Below, one piece after another: positions 44,181 through 53,562 of a DNA stretch of 64,000 nt. How positions within the stretch are numbered: the stretch's first letter is position 1; every line of letters starts with the position of its first letter. The notes under the pieces are model-generated. The model was not told the DNA's origin. It was given only the letters and a program-made list of their open reading frames with translations, and did no database searches. A program made the translations under genes and the position numbers. Origin of the DNA: a virus. Location: the IMG/VR virus record IMGVR_UViG_3300045131_002121, positions 1-64,000 of that record. One strand, 5' to 3'.

Positions 44181-45701
44181 ATGCGCGCAACACAGCTCCT
44201 CGCCCTGGCCATTGTTAAACACGCCGCCGATAGTGCCCCCGGGGTTCCCGCGGATATCCATGCCTCAGGGCTCATGCTCAACCCCATTATCACGGGCATG
44301 GGTGGAGCTGGCATCGGCGCCCTAATCAACGCTATTCGCGGTAAGAACGCTGGCCGTGGAGCACTTACAGGTGGTATCACTGGTTTAGGTGTTTCCGCGG
44401 GAACGCTGGGTGGTAGCATCGCAGGAACACAAATGGGAGCCCAGGCATCGGGGTCACTTCCCGGAGCCGGCACGGGCGCCAGAGTTGGTATGCCCGTAGG
44501 TGGTGCTCTCGGTGGTCTACTCGGCTATCTGGCGTCGCGTGATACATCTGAGGAAAAAAAGGAAAAGAAACCCGGTGAACTCAAGACCGCGGCTGCCGCT
44601 GAAGTCCCCTTCTACGAGGATCCCTCAAACATTGGTGCCGCCGCTGGTGCCGCCATTGGTGGTAGTGGTGCCGCCCTGCTGAGTAAGAAGAACAAGTGGC
44701 GTAATGCCCTCATCGCAGCTCTCGCCGGTGGTGCCGCTGGTTATGTTGCCGGCCCACATGTCGACAAAGCGGTTCCCCAGATTCGTGAAGGTCTGGGTGC
44801 TCTATCAGGGGCCGGCGTACGCGCGTTTAAGGGGAGTGCGGCGAAAATGAGTGATACCCCCGCTGGCTATGAGCCCCCACCAGATTACGCGAAACAACTC
44901 TTCGAGAAACAGAACCCCGTGAAGCCGGTGAAGCCGGTGAAGCCGGTGAAGCCCCCCGTGGTGAAACCAGGTATCAAGAAGAAATCTCAGGAAGCCCCTC
45001 CGGCGACCCCATTCTACCAGGACCCCTCAATTATTGGTGCTGGCCTCGGCGCGCTTGGCGCCGGCGGTGCCGCTGCTCTTATGAGCAAGAAGAAAAACAA
45101 GTGGCGTAATGCGCTCATCGCAGCTCTAGCCGGCGGTGCAGGTGGATACTTCGCTGGTCCTTGGGTTGACAAGCAATTCCCTCAGATTCGCGAAGGTCTT
45201 GGCTCAATGTTCCCTGGTGATGCCCCCAAGGGTGATGGTTCAAAGGGGGAGAAACAGCAGGAGCAGCAGGAACAGGAACCGCCGCAGAAGCCGCTGGAGC
45301 AAGTCGTCAAGGAGTCACAAAAACCTGGAGCGACGATGACACCTGACTTAAAAGATGCTGGTTTTGATACTCCAGAGCCAAATCAGCAAACGCAGGACGA
45401 AAAGTATGACCAAATGTTTGCCAAGATAAGGGCAAGGTCGTATGGTGGTCAACCCGGGGTACCCGGGATTCGGTTGGTGAATGGTAAGCGTCAAGTTTTG
45501 ATGAATGGTGAGCCTGCTCCGAAGCAGTTTCAGGTAGAGGATTTTTCAGACGCACCTGCCCCTAAGGTGCTACCCTCAGCACCTATGAGTGCCACATCTG
45601 GCAAAGTGGTGCTACCCTCAGCGCCTGCGAGTGCAACAACTGGTAATATGCGTGGTACACCACTGCCACCGAAGCCAGCAACCAGCTCAGTAATTAAGTG
45701 A
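44181..45701 (+). CDS. modular Gly-zipper protein with duplicated membrane module
   Basis: KHAA leader; PFYxDPS...KWRNALIAALAGGAxGY.AGP.VDK..PQIREGLG occurs twice. Confidence 0.75.
   Translation: MRATQLLALAIVKHAADSAPGVPADIHASGLMLNPIITGMGGAGIGALINAIRGKNAGRGALTGGITGLGVSAGTLGGSIAGTQMGAQASGSLPGAGTGARVGMPVGGALGGLLGYLASRDTSEEKKEKKPGELKTAAAAEVPFYEDPSNIGAAAGAAIGGSGAALLSKKNKWRNALIAALAGGAAGYVAGPHVDKAVPQIREGLGALSGAGVRAFKGSAAKMSDTPAGYEPPPDYAKQLFEKQNPVKPVKPVKPVKPPVVKPGIKKKSQEAPPATPFYQDPSIIGAGLGALGAGGAAALMSKKKNKWRNALIAALAGGAGGYFAGPWVDKQFPQIREGLGSMFPGDAPKGDGSKGEKQQEQQEQEPPQKPLEQVVKESQKPGATMTPDLKDAGFDTPEPNQQTQDEKYDQMFAKIRARSYGGQPGVPGIRLVNGKRQVLMNGEPAPKQFQVEDFSDAPAPKVLPSAPMSATSGKVVLPSAPASATTGNMRGTPLPPKPATSSVIK
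44607..45203 (+). repeat. duplicated ~65-aa module (~44607-44798 and ~45008-45203)
   Basis: Near-identical at DNA level, e.g. AACAAGTGGCGTAATGCnCTCATCGCAGCTCT. Confidence 0.8.
44916..44951 (+). repeat. 9-bp tandem repeat x4 (Pro-Val-Lys)
   Basis: CCSGTGAAG x4. Confidence 0.9.
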
Positions 45702-45719
45702 ACACCCATTGAGGTCATC

Positions 45720-46475
45720 ATGGACATCTCCGCAAGACTTTTTCAACGAGGCCTCAACGAGTTCGCACAGAAGCGGGCCTTTGTAGCCGCACCTCCTCCG
45801 GGCAGTGATCCCGCCGCGGCTGGCGGTGCACCTCCTGGGGGTGACCCCGCGGCTGCAGGGGCTCCTCCGATGCCTCCTGGTGGTGATCCCGCTGCCATGG
45901 GTGGAATGCCTCCTGGTGGTGATCCCGCTGCCATGGGTGGCATGCCTCCGGGCGGCGACCCCGCAGCGATGGGTGGGATGCCACCTGGTGGTGATCCCGC
46001 TGCCATGGGTGGTATGCCACCTGGTGATGACATGCTCAGTGCCATCGGTGGTGGAGACCCCTCAGCAGGTGGTGACCCCAGCGCGGGTGCCCCGGATCCC
46101 ACGGCTCCGGGGACCCCTGATGTCAAGGGAACCCCTGATGACGCCGTAACCCGTGGCCAAGCCGACGTTGTCATGGACATCGTTGAACGCGCCATGGCCT
46201 CCATCGGTGAAGGCCGCACCAAGGAACAAGCCCAGGCCGAGTTCGAGCTCGAACAAGAAGGCAAGAAGAAGGAACAAGAGAACAAGGGCAAGAAGTCGGA
46301 TGCCGACGCCGCGGCAACAGCCAATGGTGCCATCACGGGTCAACCCCAAGGTGGTGGGGGCCCCATGGGTTCCCTCGGCGGCCAACTCGACCCCAACGCC
46401 ATTGGTGGCAACACCGTGAAGATGGCCAAGGAACTCATCTCGCGGCTTAATCTCTCCAAACCAGCGTTGAGGTAA
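45720..46475 (+). CDS. low-complexity Pro/Gly/Met repeat protein with KRA leader
   Basis: MDISARLFQRGLNEFAQKRAF; (MPPGGDPAAMGG)n. Confidence 0.75.
   Translation: MDISARLFQRGLNEFAQKRAFVAAPPPGSDPAAAGGAPPGGDPAAAGAPPMPPGGDPAAMGGMPPGGDPAAMGGMPPGGDPAAMGGMPPGGDPAAMGGMPPGDDMLSAIGGGDPSAGGDPSAGAPDPTAPGTPDVKGTPDDAVTRGQADVVMDIVERAMASIGEGRTKEQAQAEFELEQEGKKKEQENKGKKSDADAAATANGAITGQPQGGGGPMGSLGGQLDPNAIGGNTVKMAKELISRLNLSKPALR
45794..46031 (+). repeat. in-frame ~36-bp tandem repeat (four clean copies at 45870-46013 plus degenerate flanks)
   Basis: ATGCCTCCTGGTGGTGATCCCGCTGCCATGGGTGGA with synonymous variation. Confidence 0.9.
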
Positions 46476-46476
46476 C

Positions 46477-46695
46477 ATGCGCGCCCGCATCCGCCTCTCC
46501 GATGGACGCCAGATCCACATCAGCGTTGCCGAGGTCATTGTTACAGATGACTTCGGGCAACCCCTGGCGTTGTCCTATGAGGAAAACGGATTGGTTGCAC
46601 ATACCGATGCCACGAAGTCAGATTTCTCATCCACAGTTCGTAAACTTGGTTTGATCCCAACCCCTGTTGAGGTCATCCGCACCGGGGGTCGATAA
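46477..46695 (+). CDS. small hypothetical protein
   Basis: GAGGT RBS; tiles between neighbours. Confidence 0.7.
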   Translation: MRARIRLSDGRQIHISVAEVIVTDDFGQPLALSYEENGLVAHTDATKSDFSSTVRKLGLIPTPVEVIRTGGR

Positions 46696-47981
46696 TGTTG
46701 ACTCCCGCTCAAGCCCTTCATTTCCTGTGCTCTAAAGTTGCAGCTGAGGTGGCCTACGACCCCCCTATGGGTGTAGATGGTATTAAGAAAAAATACCCAA
46801 AGCTGTTAAAGGATCCCATCCATCGCTGGCGAGCTCAGAATGGAATCGAGCTCGTGCATCAGGAGCCCTCTGACGCCGAGTTAAATCGGATCTGGGCGAA
46901 TTGGCAGCGCATGTCGGCTGAGCAGAAGAAGATTAGCGATCAGAAGAGTCTTGAGCTGTTTGGTGTTAATAATGCGGACAACTATAAAAAATTGTTCTCC
47001 AAAGTTGCAGCGGACAGCGACAACAAGTCATACGCACCTCTTGCCAGTCGAGGCGAGCAGGCCGCGGAACCATCTAGTCGCGCCTACAAGGAGTTGATTT
47101 CTGGGCTGTACACGCAGGGTCGAGGTATAGGTGCAGGTGGAGATCCAATAAACCCATCTTTCCTTCGCAGTTTCTCCTGGCCAGATGCGAAACGGGCGCC
47201 AGTACCCCCCAAGTACAATGGGAACGCTGTTGTTGAGCGAGTCGATGGTAAACGGGAACAGGCGATTTCGCTGCGCCCAGCATTTGGGTTCCAGGGGCCC
47301 ACACGGGTGGTTTTGACTTCGTCTCCGGATAGCCCAACGGACCAATCTGTACTCACACATGAACTCGCCCACCTCTATGATCCCTGGATGGCGAAACCCA
47401 ATCTGATCTTTCCTGGATCAACTGTACGTGGGGAAGCTGAGGTCCCAGCGATTGTCGCTGAAACCGCGTATGATCTCAATGCAGGAAACCAACCCCCACA
47501 GTGGGCACCTGGCGCCCCCTGGATATATGACGCGATCCGAAAACATGGACCTCAGGTGTCCCCTGGACAGACTGACCTAGAACGTGAAGACGCACTCCGG
47601 ACCTGGATGAAGGCGTTACGTGATAAAAATAGCAACCTGGGCAGTAAGTATAATGACTGGCTGAAGTCGGAGGCGGAGAGGGTGAAGCAGCAACAAGAGG
47701 GTACCTACGTGAAGCCAGAACACGGGGATATCCAGGAAGTTCTTAATAAGATGGATAGGAATAATCCACGTGTTAAGGCTTTCTTGGATAAATTAAATCC
47801 AGAAAAGAAGAGTTTGTTATCCAAGATACCAACCCCATTACTATGGGGTGGCGCCATTGTGGGTGCCGGTGCCGCAGGGCTCCTAGCCTATTGGTTGTAC
47901 AAAAAGTTCACAAAGGATGACAAGAAAGAAGACACGGATAAAAACGATATTCAAATGCCGGAAGGCGTAGTAGCTGCATAA
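46695..47981 (+). CDS. modular protein with zincin-like HExxH domain and C-terminal membrane anchor
   Basis: Two KVAA sites; VLTHELAHLY...EAE; WGGAIVGAGAAGLLAYWLYKK. Confidence 0.65.
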   Translation: MLTPAQALHFLCSKVAAEVAYDPPMGVDGIKKKYPKLLKDPIHRWRAQNGIELVHQEPSDAELNRIWANWQRMSAEQKKISDQKSLELFGVNNADNYKKLFSKVAADSDNKSYAPLASRGEQAAEPSSRAYKELISGLYTQGRGIGAGGDPINPSFLRSFSWPDAKRAPVPPKYNGNAVVERVDGKREQAISLRPAFGFQGPTRVVLTSSPDSPTDQSVLTHELAHLYDPWMAKPNLIFPGSTVRGEAEVPAIVAETAYDLNAGNQPPQWAPGAPWIYDAIRKHGPQVSPGQTDLEREDALRTWMKALRDKNSNLGSKYNDWLKSEAERVKQQQEGTYVKPEHGDIQEVLNKMDRNNPRVKAFLDKLNPEKKSLLSKIPTPLLWGGAIVGAGAAGLLAYWLYKKFTKDDKKEDTDKNDIQMPEGVVAA

Positions 47982-50900
47982 TGGATCCCACCACCGTCGG
48001 CACCCTTTTGTTGAATGACAGTCTTCCCCCTGAGCTCCAACTCCGGGGTAAAGCCATCGACAAAAAAGCGCTGATGCCAATTCTCAGACATGTCGCCGAG
48101 AAGTACCCCGAGCGTTACAAAGAGGTCCTGAAAACGATGAACGATGTCGGCAGGGATGCCGCGTTCACCGAGGGCGTCAGCGTCAGTCTCAGCGGGCTCA
48201 AGAAAACAGATAAAGAGAAAAAGCTGATCCAGAGGGCTCGCTCCAGGGTCATGGCCATTGAGACCTCAGACCTCGATCCCGATGCGAAGAAGCAAGCCAT
48301 CACGGATGTCATGTTTCCTATGGTCGAGAAGATGCAGAAAGCGCTCGAGGAGTCCGGTGAAGCCGAGAACAACCCGTACTGGTTCCAGGTCAAATCTGGG
48401 GCACGCGGCAAGATGTCGGATTACAACGCGATTCGCGGGGCCTCTGGGTTGGTCAACGATCACCGCAGTGAAATCGTCCCGATTCCCATCCTCCACAGTC
48501 TCAGTGAGGGTCTCGACCCCGTGGAGTACTGGGCGGGGACCTATGGGCAACGCCGCGGCATGATCGCGGTGAAGATGTGTCTATCGCTGGAAACACTGGT
48601 TCTCATGGGGGACCTTACAACCAAGCAGTTACGGGACATAAAGCCGGGCGATATGGTCATGGGTTCAGATATGCACGGCAACCTCGCACCAACTAGAGTG
48701 GTTTCTGTGTACGACAATGGTCCTCGCATGCTGATGCGCTACACGTTTAGGCGTAGTCTTTCTAAAGAAACCATGAAGTTGGATGCAACAGTCGACCATA
48801 AGATGTTATCGAGGATAGCATCCGCACACCTGAGTCGAACTGATAAAAATCTTAAAAAGAGACCGTTATCGGATGCACGTGTATTTAATGACCCGAGCAA
48901 GAATGAATACGTCTGCGCAGCTCCACGTGGGGGAGCGCTTGGGGTAGTCAGTGAGCCACGCGCTCTGTTTTACGGGGTAATGGCTGGGGATGGCTGCTGC
49001 AGCCCATCTGCCAAGTCTGCGATGGTGTCTCAGATTGACCCCACATTCATTGCTGAGCTTGGAGAATATCTTTCACCATGGGGTCTCCGAATCCATGGTG
49101 ACACATCAAAATCACCATCTCATATAATTGTGGAAACTGAGTGGAAGTCGAGGAAAAGGGCCTATGACCGTGCAGGACACAAGTTCAAGGCAGGAGGCTT
49201 AGCACTTCCTCGCAGGTGGCTCGAAGAAACAGGTATGTGGGGTAAATACGCCTACAGTAAAACGATGCCAGTTAATGCGTACCGGTGGGACAATGCCTCT
49301 ATGGCGGCGTTTATTGGCGGCTACTTCTCTTGTGATGGTTGTGTGTCTCAGGAGGGGACCAACGTCTGCATCAGGTTGACCTCCACGTCGGAGAATCTTG
49401 TAGCGGAAGTCAGACACCATCTGCTATTCAGGTGGGGGATACACACCACGGCGAGGCCAGTGAAAATGCGGGCGTGTATGCGGCGGCCACAAACATGTAT
49501 TGCAGTGAGTTTACGTGAATCCGTAGATTTGTTTGCAAAGAACATCCCGCTAATAGGTAAAAAACGGGAAGAATTGCAGTCTGCTCTACAGAGCACGCCT
49601 GCACGGCGTATATTCCCTGCTGGGTTCAAAATGATTGGATTCGAGCCACTGGGTATGCTCCCCACCGCAGATCTCGAAGTCGAGCACCCGGACCATCTCT
49701 ACGTTCTAGCCAATGGGTTGATCAGCTCGAACTCAACTGCTGATGCCGGATTCCTCAGCAAGAAGCTGGCGAATGCGGCACATCGCATCGTCGTCAACAA
49801 AGATTCTCCACCGATGACCAGGTTACCCGTGGGGTTGCCTACCAAGGTCAGCGATGCCGACAACGTCGGTGCTGTACTCGCCAAGGATGCCGGGGCTCAC
49901 AAAGCCGGCGAACGCATCACCGCGGATATCCTTGAATCGTTATCCGAAGACGGGGTCGAGGATATCTTGGTGCACAGCCCGATGACGGAGCCCTCTGAGG
50001 ACGGTGGCGTCTCCCGTGTCGCCGCGGGTCGTCGGGATCGCACTGATCTCAGCAATGTCGGCGATGCCATTGGGATCGCGTCTGCGCAAAGTGTTGGGGA
50101 GCCCCTCTCCCAGGCCACCCTCAATGAGAAGCACCGCCAGGGTACCATTGGTAAGAGAAACCTTCGCATGGGGTTTGAGTACCTCAACCGTGTTATAGAG
50201 GCCCCGGAGACGTTCCCGGAATCAGGTCCCCTCGCCGAGGTCGATGGCGTCGTCAAGGCGATCCGGGAGGCCCCCCAGGGTGGCCAGTTCGTTACCGTGG
50301 ATGACCGCGACTACTACCTCCACCCCGACATCAATCCAGTGGTGAAACCAGGGGATACCCTGGAAGCCGGGGATGACATCTCTGATGGCGCCCCGCATCC
50401 CGAACAGCTCGTCAGGCTTCGTGGCATCGGTGAGGCCCGCCGCAGGTATGCCGAGATGCTGCAGGAGGCCCTGACCAACCACGGCATCAAGACTCACCGC
50501 AGGAACATTGAAACCGTGGTCGCCGGCCTCCTCAACTGGGTCAAGGTCACCAACCCCAATGGTGTCGGGGAGCACGTCGTCGATGATGTCGCCTCCTACA
50601 ACTCGGTAGCCGGGGCCTACAAGGCCAGAGCGGGTACCAAGCGGGTAGCCCCGAACTCAGCGGTTGGGAAGTATCTCGAGGAGCCCGTGCTCCACTACAC
50701 CCCGGGGACCCGGGTGACCAAGAAGGTATCCGCGGACCTCCAGAAGTGGGGGGTCAAGGATATCGATGCCCACGATGATGACCCCGACTTCCAGCCCGTG
50801 ATGCAACGTGGGGTCATGGGGGTCTACAATGACAATGATTGGCAGACCAGGCTCTCCGGTTTCTATACCTCGTCAGGGTTCCTTGACAGTGTTCACCGCT

Positions 50901-51037
50901 CCAGGGTCTCGGATCCCAACTCGACATCCTATGTCCCCGCCCTTGCCAAGGCCACCGGGTTCGGGGATACCCTGAAGACCACAGGGGCCTATGGCACGCC
51001 GACACCACCGTCTTCCCCTGCGCGGTCCCCGCGCTAA
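47981..51037 (+). CDS. rpoC: RNA polymerase beta' C-terminal half, intein-containing
   Basis: TTVG, SGARG, SLSEGL, bridge helix EYWAGTYGQRRGMIAVKM|STADAGFLSKKL, trigger loop AQSVGEPLSQATLNEKH, RRNIETVV; 633 aa after splicing. Confidence 0.92.
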   Translation: MDPTTVGTLLLNDSLPPELQLRGKAIDKKALMPILRHVAEKYPERYKEVLKTMNDVGRDAAFTEGVSVSLSGLKKTDKEKKLIQRARSRVMAIETSDLDPDAKKQAITDVMFPMVEKMQKALEESGEAENNPYWFQVKSGARGKMSDYNAIRGASGLVNDHRSEIVPIPILHSLSEGLDPVEYWAGTYGQRRGMIAVKMCLSLETLVLMGDLTTKQLRDIKPGDMVMGSDMHGNLAPTRVVSVYDNGPRMLMRYTFRRSLSKETMKLDATVDHKMLSRIASAHLSRTDKNLKKRPLSDARVFNDPSKNEYVCAAPRGGALGVVSEPRALFYGVMAGDGCCSPSAKSAMVSQIDPTFIAELGEYLSPWGLRIHGDTSKSPSHIIVETEWKSRKRAYDRAGHKFKAGGLALPRRWLEETGMWGKYAYSKTMPVNAYRWDNASMAAFIGGYFSCDGCVSQEGTNVCIRLTSTSENLVAEVRHHLLFRWGIHTTARPVKMRACMRRPQTCIAVSLRESVDLFAKNIPLIGKKREELQSALQSTPARRIFPAGFKMIGFEPLGMLPTADLEVEHPDHLYVLANGLISSNSTADAGFLSKKLANAAHRIVVNKDSPPMTRLPVGLPTKVSDADNVGAVLAKDAGAHKAGERITADILESLSEDGVEDILVHSPMTEPSEDGGVSRVAAGRRDRTDLSNVGDAIGIASAQSVGEPLSQATLNEKHRQGTIGKRNLRMGFEYLNRVIEAPETFPESGPLAEVDGVVKAIREAPQGGQFVTVDDRDYYLHPDINPVVKPGDTLEAGDDISDGAPHPEQLVRLRGIGEARRRYAEMLQEALTNHGIKTHRRNIETVVAGLLNWVKVTNPNGVGEHVVDDVASYNSVAGAYKARAGTKRVAPNSAVGKYLEEPVLHYTPGTRVTKKVSADLQKWGVKDIDAHDDDPDFQPVMQRGVMGVYNDNDWQTRLSGFYTSSGFLDSVHRSRVSDPNSTSYVPALAKATGFGDTLKTTGAYGTPTPPSSPARSPR
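48578..49732 (+). mobile_element. intein with LAGLIDADG homing endonuclease (385 aa)
   Basis: CLSLETLV, ATVDHKM, YGVMAGDGC, FIGGYFSCDGC, HLYVLANGLISSN followed by +1 Ser; more AT-rich than the exteins. Confidence 0.92.
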
Positions 51038-51066
51038 TCTTTGATGCACCGCTAGGAGCACTCACG

Positions 51067-53322
51067 ATGCCACAAGACACCTCTGAGTCCGCGCTGGAGC
51101 AGACGTTCTCTGATCTCGCCAACGCCAGACTTCGTGATAAGTCACCTGTTCTCCTCGACTATCTCGTCGGGTTTCAACTCATTGATGCCGATGAGGATGG
51201 CGGTCGTGCAGTCGGCATGTTCGCTTTTGAGATCGGTGGTGACTGGCATTACAGCCCCGTGTTCTTCCTCAACGGGGAGATCAAGGGACTCGACTCCATT
51301 TATTCCGTGAACTCAGATCTCTTCGTTCCCTTGAGTGAAGACTGGGTTAATTCCATCATCAATCGTCGCCCCACTGTTCTCGGTGAAGCCGATAAACGCA
51401 ACCGGGTCCAACGTGGTGTGCGCACCCCAGATTACAATCGTCTCCGCACATTACCCGCTGGTATTTATGATGGCGATGGTGGCGGCAGCAGTTTGTCCAA
51501 GCGGGCCTCGGCGCGTAAAGCCGCCGGTGACTGCCCCGTGGTCCCCATCCATAAGATCACGCATATCCGCAAGATCGCGGGTGCCGTGGATCTCCCCAGT
51601 GGTATCGAAGCCCTGGGTCACGATGTCGCCTCGATGTTCATGGATACCATTGTGAACCCGAAGACCGCAGGGCACGTTAAACTTGCCAATGCGGTTCGTA
51701 AGTTCTACCCCGATCTCGCCTTCGTGGTCCCCGGTGTTGTTAAACTCGCCGCGGAACAAAAGGGTGAGCCCATCACTGTGATCTCGACCATTGACCAAGA
51801 AGGCGTCGATGAACTCACCGATGCCCAACGCAAGCAGATCCTCGAAGGTGATGTCGCCGTTGTCGACAAGCGTCCTGAGATGTCGAAGTCCATTGTGTAC
51901 TCGACTCAGACCAAGCAGCAGCTGACCTCACCCACCGGTGGTGGTCTCTACGATGTCCTCTACGCCAATGGTTCCGTGGAACCCACACTTGTGATCCCGA
52001 TGTCATCGGATAACGGCAGGGTCTTCGTGATCCGGTGCTCCGATGAGAAAACTTGTATCACCGCAGTTGGTGCAATCTCAACACTGCGGCAGTACACTGA
52101 AACCGATTTTGCCAAGGAACTCGAGAAGGTCAGCGTTGCCGCCAACAAGGTGCGCCCCGGTGATCAAGTCATCTTCGTCGCCAAAGATGGTATCAAGACC
52201 TCGGCTCCCCTGGATGTCTTCACTGCGGTCAGCGATGACGGCATCACGACCTATAAGACCCACGGGGGTTCCACCTGGGATCTCCGCTCGATCCCCGAGC
52301 GTTTTGCTCACAAGGATCGCGGAGTCTTCGCCATCAACCGCCCCTTGGGTTACATTGGTGAGCACGACTGCGATCAGGTCATTGTCTCCGAAGCCGGAAA
52401 CCGTGATCTCAAGAAAACGAACTCGACGCTGTATGTGAACTCGAAGTATTACGCCGCCGTGGTTTACGGTAAGCGTGAGGAATGCGACCCCACGAAAGAC
52501 TGGGGTGACCGCGAGAAAGAACGCGTCGACAAACATCTCGAGGCCTCTGACTTCGGTGACCACAACACCATCATCGAAGTCCTCAAGAAGCAGGCCAGTG
52601 CTGTTAAAGTCTGGACCGATGAAACCGGCATCAACATCAAGGATGATTTTGGTAGCCACTACTTCGGGAAGACAGCTGCGATCAGTTATCTCATGAAGAA
52701 ACATGGGTGCTCGGAATCCGACACCCGCAGCATGCTTCGTCACGCCCTCCGTGCTCCCCAGAACTGGTTGGTGAAGCAAGCGGCATCCGAGAACATGATG
52801 GCGTTCCCGGACATCAATGACACCGCCGAAGGTGGTGTCATGTCGAGTTTCCATACCACCAAGGTCCCGTATGAAACCCAGGCGCGGACCTCGCAGACCC
52901 CCGACAACCGCCAGCAATACCAATACTTCTCCCCCTTTGGTCACGGCGACGCCGAGAACGAAGGTGGCGGTGATCCCTTCCAAGCCATCGACCAAGCCGC
53001 GAAGACAGGCCAAAAAGAAGTCTTCGACTCCGCTGTCCTCGGTAGCCTGACCAAGACCCATGCCCCCGTCGAAATGATCGAACGCTTCCTGCCCACCATT
53101 GTTGCAGGTATGGACCGCCTTGGTCGTATCCTGTTCTTGATGCACTGGCACTACGACGAGTTCCAGGAAAAGTTTGGCAAGGAAGACAGTGTTGAACTCG
53201 GTGACAACCTGAAGTCGTCATTCGAGGGCCTCGGTGATCTCGTCATCTTCCTCCGCAAGCGCACGCTCTCCGGGGACCCCGAGTTCTACGGTCTCGGTAT
53301 CAATTCAACCATGGACGGCTAA
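51067..53322 (+). CDS. large hypothetical virion (head) protein with many KxA sites
   Basis: AGGAG RBS; head-operon position; KRAS, KIAG, KLAN, KLAA, KQAS, KTAA, KQAA. Confidence 0.7.
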   Translation: MPQDTSESALEQTFSDLANARLRDKSPVLLDYLVGFQLIDADEDGGRAVGMFAFEIGGDWHYSPVFFLNGEIKGLDSIYSVNSDLFVPLSEDWVNSIINRRPTVLGEADKRNRVQRGVRTPDYNRLRTLPAGIYDGDGGGSSLSKRASARKAAGDCPVVPIHKITHIRKIAGAVDLPSGIEALGHDVASMFMDTIVNPKTAGHVKLANAVRKFYPDLAFVVPGVVKLAAEQKGEPITVISTIDQEGVDELTDAQRKQILEGDVAVVDKRPEMSKSIVYSTQTKQQLTSPTGGGLYDVLYANGSVEPTLVIPMSSDNGRVFVIRCSDEKTCITAVGAISTLRQYTETDFAKELEKVSVAANKVRPGDQVIFVAKDGIKTSAPLDVFTAVSDDGITTYKTHGGSTWDLRSIPERFAHKDRGVFAINRPLGYIGEHDCDQVIVSEAGNRDLKKTNSTLYVNSKYYAAVVYGKREECDPTKDWGDREKERVDKHLEASDFGDHNTIIEVLKKQASAVKVWTDETGINIKDDFGSHYFGKTAAISYLMKKHGCSESDTRSMLRHALRAPQNWLVKQAASENMMAFPDINDTAEGGVMSSFHTTKVPYETQARTSQTPDNRQQYQYFSPFGHGDAENEGGGDPFQAIDQAAKTGQKEVFDSAVLGSLTKTHAPVEMIERFLPTIVAGMDRLGRILFLMHWHYDEFQEKFGKEDSVELGDNLKSSFEGLGDLVIFLRKRTLSGDPEFYGLGINSTMDG

Positions 53323-53356
53323 GGCCGTCTTCAATTTCCCAGAAAAGGAATCCGCT

Positions 53357-53560
53357 ATGTCGTTATCCAAGTCTGCTTCAGACGTCCTCCTCAAAAAGCT
53401 GGCAGCCGCCGAGGAAGTCGATGGCGCCAATGCCGTTGACCTCGGTTTCTACGAAGCCGCCAGTGGCATGGGCCTCAGCGATGACCAGATCCGCGGTCTC
53501 GCCAAGGTTGCCCATGCACGCCTCGACGCCTTCGCTGCTGCACAGGCTGCTCAGAAGTAA
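53357..53560 (+). CDS. small KxA-motif protein
   Basis: AAGGAA RBS; MSLSKSASDVLLKKLAAAE. Confidence 0.7.
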   Translation: MSLSKSASDVLLKKLAAAEEVDGANAVDLGFYEAASGMGLSDDQIRGLAKVAHARLDAFAAAQAAQK

Positions 53561-53562
53561 TC

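Noticed and set aside
45794-46031. 36-bp repeats resembling a CRISPR repeat in length
   Set aside because: Directly tandem with no spacers, in frame, with synonymous variation; no cas genes in the window
39627-51037. Cellular rpoB/rpoC operon (bacterial chromosome)
   Set aside because: No ribosomal protein or nusG neighbours; fused/split Zn-less architecture; flanked by portal-, protease- and capsid-like genes
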